A stretch of 64,000 nt of DNA, from positions 101,725-165,724 of the forward strand of contig QGVF02000005.1 in NCBI GenBank assembly GCA_003242705.2, given 5' to 3'. The notes beneath the pieces were generated by a model. The model ran no database searches. It was given only the letters and a program-made list of their open reading frames with translations, and was not told the origin of the DNA. Source of the DNA: Acidobacteriota bacterium. GTDB taxonomy: Bacteria > Acidobacteriota > Vicinamibacteria > Vicinamibacterales > SCN-69-37. The position numbers and the translations under genes are program-made. Shown here piece by piece: positions 50,887 through 58,915 of this stretch (positions are counted from its first letter, which is position 1; each line of letters opens with the position of its first letter).

Positions 50887-51606
50887 TCAGTTCGTGGTCA
50901 CCGACAGGCCGCTCACCGTGCCTTCGGTGTTGTGCGCGAAGCGGATGCCGTAGATACCGTCGGTCGACTTGAGCCTGCCGTCCGCCACGACCTCTGATTT
51001 CGGATAGGTCGCCACGACCGCCCCGTTGATCGCGCACGACACGTTCCCCTCGTCGACCGTGATCGCAATCTCCTGGGTGACCGGCGATCCGCGGCCGGCA
51101 GCGCGGTTGACCGATGGGGCCTCGCCGCCGCGTCGCCCGTTCATCTGGAACGGCGCCGGACCGAACCCGCGCACGATGAAGCGACCGTCACCATAGGCCG
51201 CGCAGTACAGGAACGTCGCGTTGTCGCTATCGAGGTCGTTCCCGCCCACGAACAGCCCGTACGGGTGGGGATGGTCGTTGATGTTCATGAACTGCGGCTC
51301 GTGGAACGTGGCCTTCACGGTGTAGCGGCCCGACGCAGTATTCGCCGGGTTCCAGTACGTGATGGCGGGGCCGGTCTTCACGTGCAGGACGTCGCCCTTC
51401 TGTTCGAGACGCGCATCCTTGACCGTCATGCCCTGTTTGGCCGCGCCGGCGTCGACGCGCCCCTGCCAGCCGGACGCGAAGATGCCGCCGTCGGCCACCG
51501 CGCGGTCGCCATCGTCGGCCGCGCCTCCTCGCCCCTGCGCGCCGCCGGGCGCCGTCGCCCACGCCACGAGTACCAGTCCTGCCGCCAGTCCGGTGAAAAG
51601 ACGCAT
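50887..51606 (-). CDS. Secreted protein with a predicted lectin/glucanase-like beta-sandwich (DUF1080-like)
   Basis: It has a signal peptide (LAAGLVLVAWATAPGGAQG) and a beta-rich body. The family assignment is by loose resemblance only. A TATAGT hexamer lies on the minus strand at 51647-51642. Confidence 0.5.
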   Translation of the reverse strand: MRLFTGLAAGLVLVAWATAPGGAQGRGGAADDGDRAVADGGIFASGWQGRVDAGAAKQGMTVKDARLEQKGDVLHVKTGPAITYWNPANTASGRYTVKATFHEPQFMNINDHPHPYGLFVGGNDLDSDNATFLYCAAYGDGRFIVRGFGPAPFQMNGRRGGEAPSVNRAAGRGSPVTQEIAITVDEGNVSCAINGAVVATYPKSEVVADGRLKSTDGIYGIRFAHNTEGTVSGLSVTTN

Positions 51607-51669
51607 AGCAACCTCGCTGGAAAGTGTCGGGGAACCGCTGCACTATACGACGGCGCCGTGCCGGGCGCC

Positions 51670-51710
51670 TACAGAAAACACGAAGGGCCCGACGGACGGA
51701 CCGCCGGGCC
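51670..51710 (-). terminator. Rho-independent terminator after the DUF4399 gene
   Basis: On the minus strand, GGGCCCGGCGG, a loop and CCGTCGGGCCC form a stem with one mismatch, followed by TTCGTGTTTTCTGT. Confidence 0.55.
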
Positions 51711-51756
51711 CCGCATGCGCCCCGGACACCGGAGCCGGACTGTGTGACAGTCGACG

Positions 51757-52191
51757 CTACTTCACCGTGATGGTGATCTTCTCGGAGACGACCGGCGGGT
51801 CGTGCGGCACGTGCAGGTAGTCGGCGAAGACGAGCTGCAGCGTGTGCTCGCCCGGAGGCAGCGTCAGCTCGGTTTCGGTCTGTCCCGCGCCGAAGTGACG
51901 GACGTTGTCGGTCGCCGGCAGCGGCGCGCTGAAATCGGGCAGCTGGTCGACGTCGATCAGCAGGTGATGATGACCGGTGTTCGGATGATTGACGCCGGCC
52001 GGCGCGATGCCCATGCCCTTCAGGCCGAACTTGACGGTGAACGTCTGGGGCACGGTGGCCCCGTTGGCCGGAGCAATGATGTAGACCTCGGCGCCCTCCG
52101 CCGACTTCTGCCGGGCGAGCTGCGCCGCGCCGACGCCGGCAGCGGCCACGACCATGAGAGCCAGGACACTGAACAGGATCGTCTTCTTCAT
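51757..52191 (-). CDS. DUF4399 domain protein (secreted)
   Basis: The ATG at 52191 gives the signal MKKTILFSVLALMVVAAAGVGAAQ. It has the NTGHHHLLID, HFG.GQTE and LPPGEHTLQL patterns typical of DUF4399. Confidence 0.7.
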   Translation of the reverse strand: MKKTILFSVLALMVVAAAGVGAAQLARQKSAEGAEVYIIAPANGATVPQTFTVKFGLKGMGIAPAGVNHPNTGHHHLLIDVDQLPDFSAPLPATDNVRHFGAGQTETELTLPPGEHTLQLVFADYLHVPHDPPVVSEKITITVK

Positions 52192-52283
52192 GATTGAACC
52201 AGGAATGTGGATGTCTCCGAATCGCGTCGACCGGGGAGCCGTCGAACCGGACGATATTACCACCGGTCTTCCCTCGCCCCTCG

Positions 52284-54278
52284 TCAGGACGCCGGAAGTG
52301 CGAACGCGACCACTTCGTCGGATTTCACCGGATTCCCGAAGAAGCCGCCACCGGTCGCCGTGATCACCACGTACTGGCGCCCGTCGCGGCCGATGTAGGT
52401 CATCGGCGTGGCCGGCGCCGCCCCCGGCAGCCTGGTCACCCACAGCTCCTCGCCCGTCCGCGCGTCGAACGCACGGAATCGCTCGTCGTCGGTCGCTCCG
52501 ACGAACACGAGGCCGCCGGCCGTCGCAATCGTGCCGCCATTGCCGGGTCGCCCCGTGCGCTGCAGCCCGGGCGGCAGGCTCTCGGTGATACCGAGCGGCA
52601 CCTGCCAGACCACCTCACCCGTGTTCACGTCGACGGCGGCCAGCTGTCCCCACGGCGGCTGCTGACACGGCAGCTGCTGCGTGCTGCCGGGCAGCGGCGG
52701 CAGGCTGAAGCGTCCGCCGCCCGGCACGCTCTCGTACGGCCCGTCCGGGTGGACACGATTGCCAACGCCATCGGCACGCGCCGGCCCGGTGTCGTTCGGG
52801 TCACGATCGCGCAGTCCGTGCACCTGACCGAGTTCGTTCGTGTTCACGAACAGGTAGCCGAGCTGCGGGTTGAATGAGACGCCGCCCCAGTTCACCCCGC
52901 CGTGGTTGCCCGGGAACTGCACGCGCAGCCGGTTGTAGGACAGCGGGAGATAGGGACCGCCCAGCTGCATCCCCTCCATGTACTTCCGGCACGCCGCCTC
53001 GAGCTCGGGCGTCACCGTCGCCACATCGTCCAGGCTCATCGTCATGCGCGACAGCGGACGCGGCTTCACCGGAAACGGCTGCGTGGGCGAGGTCTGCTCG
53101 CCCGGGACCTCGCTCTGCGGGACCGGCCGTTCCTCGACCTCGTAGATCGGCTCGCCGGTCTCACGATGCAGCAGGAACAGCAGGCCGACCTTGTTGATCA
53201 CCGCGACGGCGGGGATCGTCCGGTCGCCCTGCTTCACCTCGATCAGCGCCGGAGCCGCCGCCAGGTCGGCATCCCAGATGTCGTGATGGACCACCTGGAA
53301 GTGCCAGAGATACTTCCCCGTCGCCGCATCGGCCGCGACGATGCTGCTGCTGAAGAGATTGTCGCCGGGACGATCGCCGCCGTACTGATCGACCGTCGGG
53401 GCGCCGAACGGCATGTAGACGATGCCGCGCTCCTCGTCGACGGTCATCAGGCCCCAGACGTTCACGCCGGTGCGGTTGCGCCAGCTGTCGCCGCCCCACG
53501 TCTCGTTGAACGGCTCACCCTCACGCGGAACCGAGTGAAACGTCCACACGGGCTCACCGGTGTGAATGTCCCACGCGCGCACGTCACCCGCCGGGCCGAG
53601 CGGCGGATTCTCCTGTGTCGTCCCCCCCGTGATCACGAGGTTGCGGTATGTGACCGGCGGGGACGACAGCGCGCTGCGCCCCGGAAGGCCGCGCAGAATT
53701 TCGTCGGTGGCGAGATTGACGAAGCCGCCTTCACCGAAGTCAGGGTTCGGCACCCCGGTCCGCGCGTCGAGCGAGTAGAGCCGGCTGTCGGACGTGCCGA
53801 ACAGTATCTGCGGCGGTGTCCGCTCGTCGCCCGGCCAGTATTCGACCCCGCGCGTCGACGGATTGCCCGACGGCAGCCGGAATACCCAGATCTCGCGGCC
53901 CGTCGTCGCGTCGAGCGCCACGACACGGTTGTAGGGCGTCGACAGGTACATGACGCCGTCGACGACGAGCGGTGTGACCTGGCTCGAGGCGAAACCGCTG
54001 CCGCGCCCGGCCCGCCCCCTTGCGGCCCCCGCAGTGCCTGGTCCTCCGCGCCCGGCGTCAGCCGGACGCATGTGATACGTCCACGCGACCTCGAGCTGTC
54101 CGACGTTTTCGGGCGTGATCTGATCCGCCGGCGAAAAGCGCATCCCGCCGCGATCCTGCCCGTAGGTCGGCCACTCGGCCGCCCGCGCCTGCCGCGCCTC
54201 GACCGTCGGCCGCCCCGCCATCAACAGCGCAGCTACGGCCAGGCCGCCGAGCGCGATCCCGTGCACCGTCTGCCGCAT
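52284..54278 (-). CDS. Soluble PQQ-dependent dehydrogenase (glucose/quinate/shikimate-type beta-propeller)
   Basis: The ATG at 54278 has a GGAGGAG ribosome-binding site and gives a signal peptide. It then reads EWPTYGQDRGGMRFSPADQITPENVGQLEVAWTY, with repeated W-motif propeller blades and HHDIWD. Confidence 0.9.
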   Translation of the reverse strand: MRQTVHGIALGGLAVAALLMAGRPTVEARQARAAEWPTYGQDRGGMRFSPADQITPENVGQLEVAWTYHMRPADAGRGGPGTAGAARGRAGRGSGFASSQVTPLVVDGVMYLSTPYNRVVALDATTGREIWVFRLPSGNPSTRGVEYWPGDERTPPQILFGTSDSRLYSLDARTGVPNPDFGEGGFVNLATDEILRGLPGRSALSSPPVTYRNLVITGGTTQENPPLGPAGDVRAWDIHTGEPVWTFHSVPREGEPFNETWGGDSWRNRTGVNVWGLMTVDEERGIVYMPFGAPTVDQYGGDRPGDNLFSSSIVAADAATGKYLWHFQVVHHDIWDADLAAAPALIEVKQGDRTIPAVAVINKVGLLFLLHRETGEPIYEVEERPVPQSEVPGEQTSPTQPFPVKPRPLSRMTMSLDDVATVTPELEAACRKYMEGMQLGGPYLPLSYNRLRVQFPGNHGGVNWGGVSFNPQLGYLFVNTNELGQVHGLRDRDPNDTGPARADGVGNRVHPDGPYESVPGGGRFSLPPLPGSTQQLPCQQPPWGQLAAVDVNTGEVVWQVPLGITESLPPGLQRTGRPGNGGTIATAGGLVFVGATDDERFRAFDARTGEELWVTRLPGAAPATPMTYIGRDGRQYVVITATGGGFFGNPVKSDEVVAFALPAS

Positions 54279-54301
54279 CGCTCTGCTCTCCTCCCTGCCG
54301 C

Positions 54302-54844
54302 CTACTGCCGCGGTTCGTGGCAGTCGCCGCAGTCGCTGAATACCTGCCGCGTCTCGTGGCAGGTGAGGCATCCGTTCTTGCTCGCCACGTTCGTCTCGCG
54401 CCGCATCACGTCACGCTCGGCCACCGGACCATGGCAGTCGGTACAGGTGATGCCGGCCGCCAGGTGCGAGTCGTGACTCCAGTACACATAGTCAGGCAGT
54501 TCGTAGACCCGCACCCACGGAATCGGCCGGCCTTCTGCCGCGAATGCCGCGAGCCGCTTCGCCCCGTCCGCGCCCGCCGGCATCGTCTCGTGGCACGACA
54601 TGCAGATGGCGGTGTCGGGGAACGTCATGGCAAAGCCGGGATCGGGCTTCACATGGCAGTCGGTGCAGTCGAGCAGGCCGAGGTCGAGGTGCTGCCGATG
54701 GCTGTACGGCAGCGGCTGCTCGGGTGCCGGTGGCGGTGGATCGAGGACGGCGGGCAGTCCCTGCGCACGCGCGAGCACAGTCGACGCGAGCACGACGAGC
54801 GCCGCCAGCCCCAGGCCGGTTCGTCGCCATCTTTCGGGAATCAC
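54302..54844 (-). CDS. Membrane-anchored multiheme c-type cytochrome (five CXXCH motifs); start uncertain
   Basis: The heme motifs are CTDCH, CMSCH, CTDCH, CLTCH and CGDCH, and the anchor is GLGLAALVVLASTVLA. I prefer the GTG start at 54844, which has a TATAGT hexamer 6 nt upstream. The ATGs at 54922 and 54946 would overlap the divergent lipoprotein gene. Confidence 0.8.
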   Translation of the reverse strand: MIPERWRRTGLGLAALVVLASTVLARAQGLPAVLDPPPPAPEQPLPYSHRQHLDLGLLDCTDCHVKPDPGFAMTFPDTAICMSCHETMPAGADGAKRLAAFAAEGRPIPWVRVYELPDYVYWSHDSHLAAGITCTDCHGPVAERDVMRRETNVASKNGCLTCHETRQVFSDCGDCHEPRQ

Positions 54845-54920
54845 GGGCAAACTATACGGGAGATCGCCGTCCACCAGAAGTGCCGACCGAACCGGCCCTC
54901 GCGGTGTCCAACAGAGAGAC

Positions 54921-56495
54921 ATGCGCCTGCTTTCCGTCGTGATCACCCTGCTGGTCGCTGCCGGCTGCGCCTCGGCCCCGCTGCGGCAGGCTGATCGGGC
55001 GCGGCTCGCGCACGCCGACGCGCGAGTGCTGGACGGCTGCTACGCGTGCCTGCTCGAGGCGATCAGTATCTACGACGAGCTTGCGACGGCCTCCCCTGCT
55101 GCGGCCGCTGCGCTGCGCTCGCGCCAGTTCGAAACGAGCGTGCTGCTCGCCCTGCGCAGTGCCGAGCTCGCCATGCCGACCGAGGAGTTCTACGAGCGCG
55201 CCGTCGCCGCGGCCGGGCAGCTGTCCGATGCCGGCGTTCCGCTCATCCTCGAGCTGGCGCGTATCGGTGTGTGGGATTCAGTCGGCTCGCCCCGCGCCGT
55301 GCGCCGGCAGTCGACGCGGGCGCTCGGCGACCTGGTGAGGAAGCACGGTCAGGCGCTTCCCGATGCGGTGGCCGCCTCGAGCTTCAGTGCACCGTTCGTC
55401 GAGTACCTGCGCGCCGCGTGGACCTGCCTGCCCGGCGCCGAGGGAGCCGACGCTCAGGCAGCCGTCCTCGTCGACGACACGCGGACGGCCGCGCGAGCGA
55501 CGCCCCTCGTGCGCTACCGGCTGGCCACGTGCCCGACCGCTGACGGCCGGGCGCTCGGCGCCCTGCTGACCGATGCGCCCGAGTTCGTCGAGGCCGGCTA
55601 CTTCCGGGCGCGCCTCCCCTCGCTCAACATCACCGCCGAGTACGTGGCCAGCCAGCGCACCTGGTTCGACGCGGCGCGGCACGCGTTTCCGACCTCGGCT
55701 GCGGTCACCTACAGCCTCGGCGTGCTCAACCAGACGCTCGGTGACTGCCGCACCGCGCTCACGCACTACGACGCGACGCTCCGTCTGCAGCCACATCACG
55801 AAGACGCGCGGCTGCAGCGCCTTGTCTGCCTCGGCTTCCTCGGCCGGCACGAAACGGCAATCACGGCCGCGACGCAGCTGATCGAAGGCGGCTACGACAA
55901 CGTCGACGAAGCGTTCTACTGGCGTGCGTGGAACCGCAATCAGCTGCGCCAGCTCGACGAGGCGCGCGCCGACATCGACCAGGCGCTGACGCGCCGCGTC
56001 AACGCGCGCAACTACAGCCTGGCCGGCACCATCAAGTACCACCAGCGCGACCTCGAGGCCGCCGAGCGTGATCTCCGGTCGGCCCTCGAGATGGACGGCA
56101 CGATGTGCCTTGCCCACTGGTATCTCGGCCTCGTAGCCTTCGAGCGGGAAGACTGGCCGGGCACCGGCGCCGCCTTCGAAGGCGCCGCAGACTGCTACCG
56201 CGACTCGGCCGCCGAGGCGGCACAGCAGCTCGCGGCGATCGAGGCCGCCGACCTCGATCCGGATTTCAAGAAGAACCAGATTCTCGGCTTCCGCGCGGTC
56301 ATCCAGGAGGACAGGGCCCAGGAGCAGGCGTCGTGCCTCAACGCCGCCAGCGGCTACGTGCGCATCGACGACCGCGCACGGGCCGCCGCGCTGCTTGCGC
56401 GCATTCCCGACAGCTCCGACTATGCCTCGGGCGCGCAGCAGCTGCGCGAGTACATCGCGGCCCTGGCCGAGGCAGACGAAGAAGCGGCGCCGTGA
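54921..56495 (+). CDS. TPR-repeat lipoprotein
   Basis: The lipobox signal is MRLLSVVITLLVAAGC. The C-terminal half has TPR-like helical repeats (ALTHYDATLRLQPHHEDA, EAFYWRAWN, HWYLGLVAFE). Confidence 0.65.
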   Translation: MRLLSVVITLLVAAGCASAPLRQADRARLAHADARVLDGCYACLLEAISIYDELATASPAAAAALRSRQFETSVLLALRSAELAMPTEEFYERAVAAAGQLSDAGVPLILELARIGVWDSVGSPRAVRRQSTRALGDLVRKHGQALPDAVAASSFSAPFVEYLRAAWTCLPGAEGADAQAAVLVDDTRTAARATPLVRYRLATCPTADGRALGALLTDAPEFVEAGYFRARLPSLNITAEYVASQRTWFDAARHAFPTSAAVTYSLGVLNQTLGDCRTALTHYDATLRLQPHHEDARLQRLVCLGFLGRHETAITAATQLIEGGYDNVDEAFYWRAWNRNQLRQLDEARADIDQALTRRVNARNYSLAGTIKYHQRDLEAAERDLRSALEMDGTMCLAHWYLGLVAFEREDWPGTGAAFEGAADCYRDSAAEAAQQLAAIEAADLDPDFKKNQILGFRAVIQEDRAQEQASCLNAASGYVRIDDRARAAALLARIPDSSDYASGAQQLREYIAALAEADEEAAP

Positions 56496-56526
56496 AGCGC
56501 GCCGTGCGGGAGTCGGGTGAACCGCC

Positions 56527-57558
56527 TCAGGGCGCGGTCGGTGAGGGCGTGCCGGCGGCGCGCGCCACGATGGCGTCGGGCACAGGGATAGTGACCGGCA
56601 CGGTGATTCCCGCCGGGACTTCGACCGACAGCGTCGTCCGGAACCCGAGCTCTTCGTTGCTCAGCACCAGGCTGCGGCGGCCGGCCGCCACCATCACGCG
56701 CGGCGACTCGCTCGTGCCGATCAGCTGGCCGCCCTCGTACAGCCGCAGCGCGATGGGAGCACGAATCGTCAGCCAGCCGGCGTCGGTGACCTGCGTGCGC
56801 GTGGTGACGAACAGGTCGACGCTGCCGCCGGGTTCGAGCCGCACCGTCCGCACCACGGCCGCCGGCCCGGTGCCGATGACGACCCGGTGCTCTCCCGGCT
56901 CGAGTCCGGTCAGACGAAGCGGTGTCATGCCGCGGTACACACCGTCGACGGCCACGCCGAGGCCGCCCTCGTCGGTGGCGACGCCGAGCACGGTCGGTCC
57001 GGGAATGTCGACGAACTCGCTCACCACCTGGCCGCTTTCGACCACGAGCGGCAGCTGTCGGACGGCCTCGTCGCGCCGCAGTTCGAGCCGGTAAGCGCCG
57101 GCGGGCAGCGTCACCGACAGCGGCGACTCGCCCTGCTTCGCGCCGTTGATGAACACCTCGGCGCCGCTCGGACGCGTCACGATGCGGACCGTCCCGTCGA
57201 CGGCAGCTGCAGGCGCGGCAGGAGCGACCGGTTCTTCCGGCGTCGCCGAGGGAAACCCGAGGAGCAGCAGCGCCAGGCCGGCACCGATGCCGCCGGCAAT
57301 CAGCAGCCGCCCCCAGCCTTCGGGGAGTCGCTGCGATGGCGTGCGGCGTGGCACCAGGGGTGGCGGCGTATGGGCGGCCACCGGGGCGGTCGGCCGAACG
57401 GGCGGCCGGTCACGCACGATCGGAGGGTCAGCCGGCTGCCCTGTGCGCCGACGGAACTCGTCCGACGACTCGCTCAGGAATTCCGAGACGAACGGCTCCT
57501 CACCTGGGCTCTTCCCGCTCGCTGCACCCTGGCCGACGGCTGGACGGCTGTTCGGCAT
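56527..57558 (-). CDS. PEGA domain protein (cytoplasmic N-terminus, one transmembrane helix, about three extracytoplasmic PEGA domains)
   Basis: The ATG is at 57558 and the transmembrane helix is LLIAGGIGAGLALLLLGF. PEGA-like units include VRIVTRPSGAEVFINGAKQGESPLSVTLPAGAYRLELRR and VAVDGVYRGMTPLRLTGLEPGEHRVVI. Confidence 0.7.
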   Translation of the reverse strand: MPNSRPAVGQGAASGKSPGEEPFVSEFLSESSDEFRRRTGQPADPPIVRDRPPVRPTAPVAAHTPPPLVPRRTPSQRLPEGWGRLLIAGGIGAGLALLLLGFPSATPEEPVAPAAPAAAVDGTVRIVTRPSGAEVFINGAKQGESPLSVTLPAGAYRLELRRDEAVRQLPLVVESGQVVSEFVDIPGPTVLGVATDEGGLGVAVDGVYRGMTPLRLTGLEPGEHRVVIGTGPAAVVRTVRLEPGGSVDLFVTTRTQVTDAGWLTIRAPIALRLYEGGQLIGTSESPRVMVAAGRRSLVLSNEELGFRTTLSVEVPAGITVPVTIPVPDAIVARAAGTPSPTAP

Positions 57559-57676
57559 GCCTCTCCGTGCGTCGCTACCGCTCGGGCAGCGCGGCGCCCG
57601 CAGTCTATCGGAAAGCCGCCGCCCGCGACAGTCCCGCGTTCGGCCACCAACGCCGGGCTGCGATATCGTACGGCCC

Positions 57677-58915
57677 GTGCGAATCACCCTGCTGACGAAC
57701 GAATATCCGCCCAACGTCTACGGCGGCGCGGGCGTGCACATCGAGTACCTCTCCCGCGAACTGGCCGCGCTCGACGACCGGCAGCACCAGGTGCGCGTCC
57801 TCTGCTTCGGCGACCAGCGGACCGACGCCGGCAACCTGCACGTGCAGGGCCTGCAGCCGGCCGCCCGCATCGCGGCGCGCGACCCGCGCCACGAGCGCTT
57901 CTTCGACACCGCCATCCGCAACCTGCAGATGGCCGCCGATCCGCACGACACCGACATCGTGCACTGCCACACCTGGTACACGCACTTCGCCGGCTGCCTC
58001 GTCCAGCAGCTGGCCGGCGTGCCGCTCGTGCTCACCACCCACTCGCTCGAGCCGCATCGTCCCTGGAAGGCGGAACAGCTGGGCTCGGCCTATCAGGCGT
58101 CGAGCTGGGTCGAGCGCACCGCCTACCAGAACGCCGACGGCGTGATTGCCGTCTCGGAAGCCATGCGGCGCGACGTGCACCAGCTCTATGGTGTCCCCCA
58201 CGAGCGCATCCGTGTCATTCACAACGGCATCGATCTCGACGAGTACCGCCCGCGCCAGGCACCCGATACGCTGCGGCGCTACGGCATCGATCCCGACCAG
58301 TCGTATGTCCTGTTCGTCGGACGGATCACGCGGCAGAAGGGGATCGTGCACCTGGTGAACGCCATCCCGCACCTCGCCCCGGGCACCCAGGTCGTGCTCT
58401 GCGCCGGAGCCCCCGATACGCCCGAAATCGCCGCCGAAATGACCGCCGCCGTCGAGCGCGCCCGCACCTCCACCGACAACCGTATCGTCTGGATCGACGA
58501 GATGCTGCCGAAGGCCACGACCATCGAGCTCTACACGCACGCGGCGGTGTTCGTGTGCCCGTCGGTGTACGAGCCATTCGGCATCATCAACCTCGAGGCC
58601 ATGGCGTGTCACACCCCGATTGTGGCCTCGGCGGTCGGCGGTATCCCCGAAATCGTCGACGACGGCCGGACGGGGCTGCTCGTGCCGATTCGGCCGCGCA
58701 GCGAAACCGACGTCGAGCCGGCCGATCCAGAGGCGTTCGCCCGCGATCTGGCCGCCGCCGTCAACTCGCTGATGGCCGATCCGGCGCGTCGTGCCACCAT
58801 GGCGGAAGCCGCCCGCGAGCGCGTGGAGGCCGAGTTCAGCTGGCAGCGCATCGCCCGCCAGACGCTCGACTTCTACCGCGAGCTCATCGAAGGCAGAACG
58901 GCCCATGCCCGGTAG
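57677..58915 (+). CDS. glgM: GT4 glycosyltransferase of the GlgM / Corynebacterium-type glycogen synthase family (alpha-maltose-1-phosphate synthase-like)
   Basis: The GTG at 57677 gives VRITLLTNEYPPNVYGGAGVHIEYL... It carries HCHTWYT, TTHSLEPHRPWKAEQLG, FVGRITRQKG, VFVCPSVYEPFGIINLEAMAC and GGIPEIV. It is nearly colinear with actinobacterial GlgM as I remember it. Confidence 0.85.
   Translation: MRITLLTNEYPPNVYGGAGVHIEYLSRELAALDDRQHQVRVLCFGDQRTDAGNLHVQGLQPAARIAARDPRHERFFDTAIRNLQMAADPHDTDIVHCHTWYTHFAGCLVQQLAGVPLVLTTHSLEPHRPWKAEQLGSAYQASSWVERTAYQNADGVIAVSEAMRRDVHQLYGVPHERIRVIHNGIDLDEYRPRQAPDTLRRYGIDPDQSYVLFVGRITRQKGIVHLVNAIPHLAPGTQVVLCAGAPDTPEIAAEMTAAVERARTSTDNRIVWIDEMLPKATTIELYTHAAVFVCPSVYEPFGIINLEAMACHTPIVASAVGGIPEIVDDGRTGLLVPIRPRSETDVEPADPEAFARDLAAAVNSLMADPARRATMAEAARERVEAEFSWQRIARQTLDFYRELIEGRTAHAR

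Noticed and set aside
54591-54606. Additional TGGCAC hexamers (also at 3162, 18703 and 33200) checked as possible sigma-54 promoters
   Set aside because: None has a TTGC element 5 nt downstream, and all lie inside coding regions. Only the site at 50082 satisfies the full -24/-12 consensus in an intergenic position.
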